From contig JBFLWF010000050.1 in assembly GCA_040758355.1 (NCBI GenBank), positions 1-13,169 of the forward strand: a DNA stretch of 13,169 bases, read 5' to 3'. The translations under genes and the position numbers were made by a program. This DNA comes from Nitrospirota bacterium (GTDB taxonomy: Bacteria > Nitrospirota > Thermodesulfovibrionia > Thermodesulfovibrionales > Dissulfurispiraceae). Below, in pieces: positions 6,501 to 13,169 of this stretch; positions within the stretch are counted from its first letter, which is position 1; each line of letters begins with the position of its first letter. The notes beneath the pieces are model-generated. The model was not told the DNA's origin. It saw nothing but the letters and a program-made list of their open reading frames with translations, and made no database searches.

Positions 6501-9500
6501 CGTATACATCGTCAGGATTAAAGCCTTCAAGACGCAAAGCATCACCGCCTTGGCCGACTTGAATAACGAGTGTATTGCCATCTGCAGTCAGCGTTAAATC
6601 TGAAACAGTTATTCCCTCACCGAATTGAATTATATTGCCTGCTCCTTCAGATGCGATGTCGTTTATCGTGTCAATACCGTCGCCGAGATTGAACACATAG
6701 GTGTCATTTCCGCTTCCGCCTTCAAGCGTGTCATTGCCAGGGCCTCCTGTAATAATATCATCACCGCCGAGGGTGGTTATGTGGTCAGGCGCATCAGTGC
6801 CTGACAGCATATAATCAGACTCAGTGCCTGTAAAATTAAGTCCTTTATCAATCAACTGCCTGTAAGTGAGGATTTGACCGTCAGCAAATTCAAATGTCTC
6901 AACTGCATGTGTGCCGTAAACATCATCAGGGTTAAAGTTGCTCAGGCGAATACTGTCACTACCGCTGCCTACCTGAATAATAAGGGTATCATCTTCTATT
7001 TTAATATGTAAGTCATCAGGGGCAACTCCAGCGCCGAAGACTATCCTGTTTCCTTCCTGAGAAGTAGCCTGGTCATCTATTGTGACAGTTCCATTTCCTG
7101 CATTGAATTGATATGTGTCATTGCCTGCGCCGCCGACTAAAATATCCCCTTGATTTCCAGTAAGTGTATCATTGCCGGCACCACCGTTTAAAATATCCTT
7201 TCTTGAATTTGTGCCGCTCAAAGTGTCATTACCTGATGTTCCATTAGTTGGGTAGAAATAGCCGGTTATATCAATATCAGAGGGCGTCAGCACTGTTCCA
7301 TCAGCAAACCTGAACTGGTCTATCTTGAAGTAATTGCCACTAAACCAGTTTTGTATTGTTAGAGAGTCGTTGGTTCCCTTGATTGTTATCTTGAGATTAT
7401 TGCCCTCATAGATGAAGTCTAAGTCATCCTTTGTCATGTCTTCTGCAAATTCCACAATGTCTGTAGCTGTATTAGTGCTATCGTAATCAGCGATTGTATC
7501 CACCCCGCTGCCAAGTCCGAATTTGTATGTGTCGCTGCCAGCACCGCCATTCAATGTGTCGTTGCCTGCTCCCCCGTCAAGTGCATCATTGCCTGCTTCT
7601 CCATATAGCCTGTCATCTCCACTGCCTCCAGTAAGTGTGTCATTGCCTCCGCTGCCCTGCAATGTATCATTGCCCTCATAGCCATATATGTAGTCGGTTG
7701 CTTCTGTGCCGCTGAGTGCGTCGTTTCCTGCTGTCCCATATACCTTGTAGCCTCCAGTTTCAATCTCTGCTGTTGTGATGATGCTGCCATCTGAAAACTT
7801 CAACTGGTCTACCCTGAAAGGGATACCCGAAAACCAATTCTGCAGTATCAGGGAATCCGCTGTACCTTTGATGTTTACTCTCAGGTTGTTGCCGTCCTTT
7901 ATAAAGTCCACATCGTTTCTGGTTATGCCTTCTCCAAATTCCACTGTGTTTATATCATTGACATAGTCGTACTCGGAGATGGTGTCTACCCCGCTGCCAA
8001 GTCCGAATTTGTATGTGTCGCTGCCTGCACCGCCATTCAATGTGTCGTTGCCTGCTCCCCCGTCAAGTGCATCATTGCCTGCTTCTCCATATAGCCTGTC
8101 ATCTCCACTGCCTCCAGTAAGTGTGTCATTGCCTCCGCTACCCTGCAATGTATCATTGCCTTCATAGCCATATATGTAGTCGGTTGCTTCTGTGCCGCTG
8201 AGTGCGTCGTTTCCTGCTGTCCCATATACCTTGTAGCCTCCAGTTTCAATCTCTGCTGCTGTGATGATGCTGCCATCTGAAAACTTTAATTGGTCTACTC
8301 TGAAAGGGATTCCTGAAAACCAGTTCTGCATTGTCAGTGAGTCATTCGTTCCTTTGATTGCTATCCTGAGATGGTTGCTATCCTTTATAAAGTCTAAATC
8401 ATCCTTTGTTATGCCTTCTGCAAATTCAACTGTGTCTGTCTGGGTATTTGTAGAATCAAATTGACTTATCTTATCCTGTCCGCTGCCCCTGCCGAATTTG
8501 TATGTGTCATTGCCTTCTCCGCCCTGAAGAGTATCATTACCCATGCCACCGTCCAGCATGTCATTTCCACTGTCGCCATACAAATAGTCATCTCCAGCAC
8601 CTCCAATCAGGTTATCACTGCCGCTGCTGCCCTGTAATGTATCATTGCCTTCATAGCCATATATGTAGTCGGTTGCTTCTGTGCCGACGAGTGCGTCGTT
8701 TCCTGCTGTCCCATATACCTTGTAGCCTCCAGTTTCAATCTCTGCTGCTGTGATGATGCTGCCATCTGAAAACTTCAACTGGTCTACCCTGAAAGGGATT
8801 CCTGAAAACCAGTTCTGCAGTATCAGGGAATCCGCTGCACCTTTGATGTTTACCCTCAGGTTGTTGCCGTCCTTTATAAAGTCAACATCGTTTCTGGTTA
8901 TGCCTTCTCCAAACTCCACTGTGTTTATATCACTACTCGCCCAGTGATAATCAGCGATTGTGTCTACTCCGCTTCCTCTTCCAAATTTGTATGTGTCATT
9001 GCCTGCACCGCCATTCAATGTGTCATTGCCTGCTCCCCCGTCAAGCACATCGTTGCCGCTGTCTCCATATAGCCTGTCATCTCCGGTACCTCCAGTAAGA
9101 ATATCGTTTCCACCGGTCCCATAAATAGTGACACCATGATTTGGAGCGACAGGAGGCACTATTTGTTTGATGGTATTTACATCCCACATCGTGCCGTCTG
9201 CAAACTGGATTCTCTCGACCTGATTTACAGGGCTTTCATTATTAAACCAGTCTTTAACTGTAAGACTGTCTGTTGTCCCTTTAATGGAAAGAACAAGATG
9301 ATCACCGCTGCGTGTAAGACTTATATCAGACGGCTGAATACTGCCGTCAATCAAAACAGTGTCTATATTGCCTGTGGTTGCATCATAATCCCAGACTATA
9401 TCCTGTCCGCTTCCCCTGCCAAAGATATAGGTATCATTACCTGCTCCTCCGTAAAGGGAGTCATTCCCAGCGCCTCCATCGAGCATGTCATTACCTTCTC

Positions 9501-12500
9501 CGCTGTAAAGGATGTCATTACCTTCGCCTCCTCTAAGCATATCATTCCCTGCTTCATCATAAATGTAATCATCTCCTGAACCTCCGTCTGATATGTCGTC
9601 CCCAAGACCGCCTATGAGAATATCGCTTCCCTCACCGCCACGAAGAATATCATTGCCTGCTTCACCATAAAGATAATCATTCCCTGCACCGCCTTCTAAG
9701 GTATCATCGCTCTGTTGTCCGTAAAGATTGTCATTGCCTCCGAATCCTTGAATTACATCTCCTGTGTTGTAGCCAATCAGTGTATCGTTTCCCTCCGTAC
9801 CTTGAAGGACAAGTTTTTTGATAGCAGGCACATCCCATATAGTGCCGTCGGCAAATTGAATGCGCTCTACCTGATTTGTATTTGTATCGTTCAAAAACCA
9901 GTCTTTAACTATAAGACAATCTGCTGTTCCATTAATGGACAATACAAGGTCATCGAATCTGCGTTGAGTTAAAATATCTGCCGGCAAAATATCGTCAGCT
10001 ATAAGAATGGTATCTGTATTGCCTGCTGTTGTATCAGTATCTATTATTGTGTCCTGACCTGAGCCTCTGCTGAAAATATATGTATCGTTACCTAAACCTC
10101 CGTAAAGTTGGTCATTTCCTGCACCGCCATTGATAATATCATCTCCTTCATGACCATAGAGAGTATCATCACCCTCACCGCCTTGAAGGGTATCATTCCC
10201 TGCCTCACCAAAGAGCTTGTCATCTCCGGCATTACCTCTAAGAATATCGTCTCCCTCTCGTCCATAAATCCGGTCATTGCCAGCCATACCATTAATTACA
10301 TCTGATGATGAGAAGCCGTATAAAATATCATCTCCTTCACTGCCCTGAAGCACGAGCTGTTTGGTGGCATCAATATCCCATATTGTGCCGTCAGCAAACT
10401 GAATGCGCTCTACCTGCCATTGCTTTGTATCATTCCTGAACCAGTTTGAAACTGTAAGTGTATCATTTGTGCCGTTTATGGACAGTACGAGATCATCCCC
10501 TGTCTGCCGGAGCCTGATATCAGATGGTGTGATATCTGAAGATAAAATTATCGTGTCAATATTGCCAGGTGATTCATCGCGGTCAATAATTGTGTCCTGT
10601 CCACTTCCGCGGCTAAAAATGTATGTATCATTGCCGTAACCACCATAAAGGGTGTCGTTTCCTTCACCTCCTGTAAGCGTGTCATTTCCTGCCTCACCAA
10701 AGAGATTATCATTCCCTGTACCCCCGTCAAGGACATCATTGCCACGGCGTCCATAAATAATGTCATTGCCTCCCAATCCTTTAAGCACTTCATCTGTGTA
10801 ATTGCCGACTAAAATATCGTCCCCCTCTGTGCCCTGAAGCACTATTTGTTTAATGGCATCCACATCCAAAACTGTGCCGTCAGCGAATTGGATTCTTTCT
10901 ACCTGCCATTCTCTGGAATCGTTCCAGAACCACTTTGAGACTGTGAGCTTATCCTCTGTGCCTGTTATTGAAAGCACAAGGTCTTCGCCAATGTGCTGAA
11001 GCTTAATATCAGAAGGTGTAATGTCAGGGTTCAGAAGAATGGTATCAACATTTCCGGATGATGCATCCCTGTCTATGATCGTATCCTGTCCTGAGCCCCT
11101 GCCGAATTTGTAGGTATCACTGCCATTAGGGCTATTGGGAGTATAGCCGCTCATTGTTCCGCCTATAAGGACATCATTGCCGGCACCACCATTTAAGATG
11201 TCGTCTCCGGTTCCTGCATGTATGGTGTCGTTGCCATCACCGCCGTCTAAAACATCATTCCCTTCTTCACCATAAAGATAGTCATCTCCCATGCCTCCGT
11301 CAAGAATATCACCACCTGTCCGGCCATACATTTGGTCATTGCCAGCCATGCCATTGATTATGTCAGGAGATGAGTAGCCTATTAATGTATCATTGCTGTC
11401 TTTACCTTGAAGCAATATCTTTTTAACAGTGTCAGCATCCCATACTGTACCGTCGGCAAATTTGATGTTTTCCACAAGGTAGCGGGGGTCTTCATTCAAA
11501 AAATAGTTTTTGACTGTGAGCTGGTCAGTGCTGTCAGCTATTTTCAAAATAAGGTCTTCGCCATTTCGCCGGAGGCTGACGGCTGACGGCTGAATACTGC
11601 TGTCAAATAAAATAGTGTCAATGTTATCAGGTGTTGCATCATTATCACTGATTATGTCCTGTCCGCTGCCGCGACCAAAGATATATGTGTCATTGCCTGT
11701 GCCTCCGTCTAAGGTGTCATTTCCAGTTCCGCCGTCCAGTATGTCTTCCCCGGCTCCTCCATAGAGTTTGTCAAGGCCGGAATCTCCATACAGAACATCG
11801 TTCCCTCCCTGCCCGTAGATTGTATCATCTCCGTCAAACCCCCTCAGGGTGTCGTTATTAGGGCTCCCATATATTACGTCATCAATGTTAGAGGAAAGAG
11901 CAACCCTGTTATACATTTCATTTACATCCCATATTGTGCCGTCCATGAATTGTATTTGCTCTATTCTGTTTAATGGACTGTCGTTTTTGAAGAAGCCTCT
12001 TACGGTGAGTTTGTCGGTGGTATCGTTGATTCTTACTACGAGGTCGTTGACGATTCGTCTGAGTGTGATATCATCCGGCGTGAGGTTGCTGCCAAGCCAT
12101 ATCTTGTCTGTGTTTCCGGCTGTTGGGTCAGAGTCTATGATAGTGTCTTGCCCTGAGCCTACTCTGAAGATGTAGGTGTCATTGCCTGCTTCACCAAAGA
12201 GCATATCATTGCCGCTTCCTCCATCAAGGATGTCATCTCCTGCTCCGGCAAGTATCGTATCGTCAGCTCCGCCAGCAACGAGGGTAGCATTGCCGCTTTC
12301 GTTGATTAAGAATTCACTTATTGTGGTGCCATAGATTACATCATTGCCTAAAGACCCATTGAGAGCTCCACCAAGCCATGTTACGCTTCCTTTGATTGCT
12401 TCGGCATCGGTGATGCCTTCAAAGTGTGGATATCTATTGTGCCCTTCTACATTCAGATCAATTATCGGCAGTCCTGCGGAGTCTATTATCCAGCCAAGTT

Positions 12501-13169
12501 CAGGGTCTATGTTTATAAATGTTTCTCTGAAGTTTAAATAGTTCATCATCTCCTGTGCGCCAAAGCCTCTTATGGTTCTGCTGAATTCGCCGAGAAGTTG
12601 TTTGCCCTGTTCTGCATCGGTCGTAAGGCTATTCTGAAGGTCTGCTATCACTGCGCTCATGTCTGTCTTCACGCTCTGCGTTGCATCATCCCATGTATAA
12701 GTAATCTTTTCATATAAGGGCTTTAAATGCGTCTGCGCCATGAGCTGTGAATACATCATCTCGGATAATCCTCTGTATGCTTCTTTGAGAAGTATCGCTG
12801 ATTCAGGTATTGGGTTGACTCCGTATTGAGAGACAAAGGGCTGGCCGAAGAACTTTTCCAATACCGCAAGTTTCCTTGCATCTATACTGCCGCCTCTGCT
12901 GTTTGGATCTATTCCATCGCTGCCTGTCCATTTGAAAAGTATCTGATCCATGAGGCTGCTGCGGGCAGCGGTGTCTGTTGTGGCTATGAATTGCTCTATC
13001 AGTCCCTTTAGCCCTTCGCCATTTGCCGCTTGCCTGTCTCTCGCCATCGCTTGTTGTAAATCATACATATTGCCATATCCCTGCAAATCAGGGAGAACGG
13101 CTATATCAGGCGGTACATCAAGCCATTCATTGGCAATGGTGTATGTAGTATCTCGTTGTAGGTTGTATT
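3559..13169 (-). CDS. Giant RTX calcium-binding protein, T1SS substrate (5'-partial; FrpA/FrpC-like segment at the visible N-terminal end)
   Basis: Dozens of GGxGxDxLx nonapeptides alternate with about 18 hemolysin-type Ca-binding-related modules (DTYxFxxGxGxDTI...VExIxFADG). The C-terminus VDQLIQAMATF...ILVQYW is typical of T1SS substrates. The frame stays open upstream of the track's TTG at 13086 (YNLQRDTTYTIANEWLDVPPDIAVLPDLQGYG), so the real start lies outside the window. Confidence 0.95.
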   Translation of the reverse strand, partial: YNLQRDTTYTIANEWLDVPPDIAVLPDLQGYGNMYDLQQAMARDRQAANGEGLKGLIEQFIATTDTAARSSLMDQILFKWTGSDGIDPNSRGGSIDARKLAVLEKFFGQPFVSQYGVNPIPESAILLKEAYRGLSEMMYSQLMAQTHLKPLYEKITYTWDDATQSVKTDMSAVIADLQNSLTTDAEQGKQLLGEFSRTIRGFGAQEMMNYLNFRETFINIDPELGWIIDSAGLPIIDLNVEGHNRYPHFEGITDAEAIKGSVTWLGGALNGSLGNDVIYGTTISEFLINESGNATLVAGGADDTILAGAGDDILDGGSGNDMLFGEAGNDTYIFRVGSGQDTIIDSDPTAGNTDKIWLGSNLTPDDITLRRIVNDLVVRINDTTDKLTVRGFFKNDSPLNRIEQIQFMDGTIWDVNEMYNRVALSSNIDDVIYGSPNNDTLRGFDGDDTIYGQGGNDVLYGDSGLDKLYGGAGEDILDGGTGNDTLDGGTGNDTYIFGRGSGQDIISDNDATPDNIDTILFDSSIQPSAVSLRRNGEDLILKIADSTDQLTVKNYFLNEDPRYLVENIKFADGTVWDADTVKKILLQGKDSNDTLIGYSSPDIINGMAGNDQMYGRTGGDILDGGMGDDYLYGEEGNDVLDGGDGNDTIHAGTGDDILNGGAGNDVLIGGTMSGYTPNSPNGSDTYKFGRGSGQDTIIDRDASSGNVDTILLNPDITPSDIKLQHIGEDLVLSITGTEDKLTVSKWFWNDSREWQVERIQFADGTVLDVDAIKQIVLQGTEGDDILVGNYTDEVLKGLGGNDIIYGRRGNDVLDGGTGNDNLFGEAGNDTLTGGEGNDTLYGGYGNDTYIFSRGSGQDTIIDRDESPGNIDTIILSSDITPSDIRLRQTGDDLVLSINGTNDTLTVSNWFRNDTKQWQVERIQFADGTIWDIDATKQLVLQGSEGDDILYGFSSSDVINGMAGNDRIYGREGDDILRGNAGDDKLFGEAGNDTLQGGEGDDTLYGHEGDDIINGGAGNDQLYGGLGNDTYIFSRGSGQDTIIDTDTTAGNTDTILIADDILPADILTQRRFDDLVLSINGTADCLIVKDWFLNDTNTNQVERIQFADGTIWDVPAIKKLVLQGTEGNDTLIGYNTGDVIQGFGGNDNLYGQQSDDTLEGGAGNDYLYGEAGNDILRGGEGSDILIGGLGDDISDGGSGDDYIYDEAGNDMLRGGEGNDILYSGEGNDMLDGGAGNDSLYGGAGNDTYIFGRGSGQDIVWDYDATTGNIDTVLIDGSIQPSDISLTRSGDHLVLSIKGTTDSLTVKDWFNNESPVNQVERIQFADGTMWDVNTIKQIVPPVAPNHGVTIYGTGGNDILTGGTGDDRLYGDSGNDVLDGGAGNDTLNGGAGNDTYKFGRGSGVDTIADYHWASSDINTVEFGEGITRNDVDFIKDGNNLRVNIKGAADSLILQNWFSGIPFRVDQLKFSDGSIITAAEIETGGYKVYGTAGNDALVGTEATDYIYGYEGNDTLQGSSGSDNLIGGAGDDYLYGDSGNDMLDGGMGNDTLQGGEGNDTYKFGRGSGQDKISQFDSTNTQTDTVEFAEGITKDDLDFIKDSNHLRIAIKGTNDSLTMQNWFSGIPFRVDQLKFSDGSIITAAEIETGGYKVYGTAGNDALSGTEATDYIYGYEGNDTLQGSGGNDTLTGGSGDDRLYGEAGNDALDGGAGNDTLNGGAGSDTYKFGLGSGVDTISEYDYVNDINTVEFGEGITRNDVDFIKDGNNLRVNIKGTADSLILQNWFSGIPFRVDQLKFSDGSIITTAEIETGGYKVYGTAGNDALSGTEATDYIYGYEGNDTLQGSGGNDTLTGGSGDDRLYGEAGNDALDGGAGNDTLNGGAGSDTYKFGLGSGVDTIADYDSTNTATDIVEFAEDMTKDDLDFIYEGNNLKITIKGTNDSLTIQNWFSGNYFKIDQFRFADGTVLTPSDIDITGYFYPTNGTSGNDTLSGTNSRKDILNGGAGNDTLTGNQGDILVGGAGNDTYQFNAGNGTVTIDDQATSQEGNRIVFGAGVAPDDLHIKIEDDTLIIQVGSGSDSIRLSNFNPDDVYGTHAVETFEFADGQILTYRQLIDKGLNFTGTESDYMLSGTDAPDHITTLGGDDIITGGPGNDTLEGGSGNDTYVFNLGDGIDTINDIASEGAGNIIQFGEGITVSDLTLTADGNTLVIQVGQGGDALRLEGFNPDDVYGSHIVETFGFADGTILSYDDLIGLGFNFTGTTNNDTLTGTSANDTFRGGTGNDVLTGGSGDDTYVFNPGDGVDTISDESLPGQSNTLIFGQGIKLSDITLSHDPDAKTLIINIGDGQGAIGDRVELTNFNSDDPYGPHAVEYFQFSDGTVLTYSELIDKGFDITGTAGDDTLIGTAVTDHIIGNSGNDTLSGGSGNDTLTGGEGDDTYLFNKGDGIDLIDDAATSSAGNTLIFGEGITIEDMRNSMTYRDGKLIIRVGREGDEVHLTGFDPDDADLGSHAVEMFKFSDGTTISYRELVRNTFIVQGDFGDDALKGTNVTDRLYGYEGFDRLEGKGGNDTLTGGTGNDELIGGEGSDTYVFNLGDGVDTIQDTATETEGNLIVFGEGITKEGLKVKGERVEAEGILTIEIGTDGDAINILDFNPDNPNIRTIEFSDGTQVALRDLLDPGTEGDDVINTGAGNDVINAKGGNDIVNTDGGNDTINGGIGNDTLNGGAGDDTYIYNIGDGIDRINDTATATEGNTLVFGTGITPDSLSLSLGSLLIKVGNEGDEIHIENFNPDDAYGTHAIETFKFADGTTLSYNQLIAKGFDLTGTTGDDIINGTNVVDRITTFEGNDIINAGDGNDVLQGNIGNDILNGGTGDDTYIYNIGDGLDSIDDISGADTLQMGSGIDFDHTIIRIQQGVAHLRLLDIEGNETTQGIDITLKPDGTIPVETIGFADGSSFSMDDLIIQQKTTYGTKKSDIIRTGRHDDTIYAGKGGDTVYAGLSNDTIFGEKGNDKLYGEQGNDTLYGDKGNDLLDGGNGNDILYGGKGKDTLIGGKGDDIIYAGKGKDTVIFNRGDGHDTIKSYQQSAFKCEDDGHEGHEDRLKFDVNPLDLIFSRSGDNLEVIINGGADKITIEDWNWRDENGKGRRRERDDKEFLIDEFRTTDGRHLHDRQVDQLIQAMATFTTNNGISWSDAIQQKPQEVNQILVQYWEGNR
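3944..3960. repeat. Short family A heptamer array in the last RTX module
   Basis: GCTGACT GCTGATA GCT, encoding SYQQSA(F) in DTIKSYQQSAFKCEDD. Confidence 0.65.
5294..5328. repeat. Heptamer array (CCTnnnn) in frame inside the RTX gene
   Basis: CCTTCAG CCTCTAC CCTTTCA CCTTTTA CCTTTAA, encoding LKVKGERVEAEG. Sibling modules lack it. Confidence 0.75.
6133..6165. repeat. Heptamer array (family B) in frame inside the RTX gene
   Basis: CCTATCG CCTATTG CCCCTTG CCCATCG CCTAT, encoding IGDGQGAIGDR. It shares the units CCTATTG and CCCCTTG with the hlyB array at 2891-2934. Confidence 0.85.
7260..9100 (-). repeat. Tandem RTX module repeat, about 486-489 bp period, four related modules (three nearly identical in part)
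   Basis: QNWFSGIPFRVDQLKFSDGSIIT.AEIETGGYKVYGTAGNDAL.GTEATDYIYGYEGNDTLQGS occurs three times. Shadow ORFs recur at 7775/8261/8750 and 7551/8037. About 7502-7800 and 7988-8286 differ by only a few substitutions. Boundaries are approximate. Confidence 0.95.
11574..11594. repeat. Family A heptamer triplet in frame inside the RTX gene
   Basis: GGCTGAC GGCTGAC GGCTGAA, encoding IQPSAVSL. Confidence 0.75.

Noticed and set aside
7500..8800. Near-identical repeats as a possible diversity-generating retroelement TR/VR pair
   Set aside because: The copies are in-frame tandem coding modules, the few differences are not adenine-specific, and no reverse transcriptase gene is present.
11524..11541. GTCAGTGCTGTCAGCTAT as an inverted partner arm for the 11574 tract (likewise the single GCTGATAG near 5623)
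   Set aside because: The TCAG spacing is 9 rather than 7 and there are only one or two units, which is compatible with chance.
141..13011. Many short ORFs on the plus strand or in alternative frames (60-174 aa)
   Set aside because: They lie within or antisense to the three large genes, have no recognisable motifs, and recur with the RTX repeat period. They are shadow ORFs.
13084..13086. TTG start assigned to the RTX ORF by the track
   Set aside because: The frame is open and protein-like up to the window edge and there is no SD, so the gene is 5'-partial.

Overview
The window holds a minus-strand type I secretion (T1SS) locus. In transcription order it has a giant Ca2+-binding RTX protein (3559..>13169, at least 3,200 aa, start outside the window), an HlyB-type ABC exporter with an inactive C39-like domain (1117..3396), and an HlyD-type membrane fusion protein (93..1058). 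HlyD is cut short at about nt 123 by foreign sequence that looks like the end of an IS element. The most unusual signal is a dispersed system of 7-bp-period repeats in two families: GCTGAnn/nnTCAGC and CCnnTTG/CCTnnnn. Family A fills both intergenic spacers as inverted arms. Both families also occur in frame inside all three proteins (e.g. SAISNQPSAISK, AIGNQPSAFSK, GNRQGTNGKGQKVEG, IGDGQGAIGD, KVKGERVEAEG). The same ordered 19-34 bp unit string recurs at separate loci. At one site the repeat appears to have overwritten codons without changing length. This suggests a templated repeat-writing process rather than simple slippage, but that mechanism is inference. The RTX gene also has three families of modules and a recent mosaic tandem duplication of about 486 bp.
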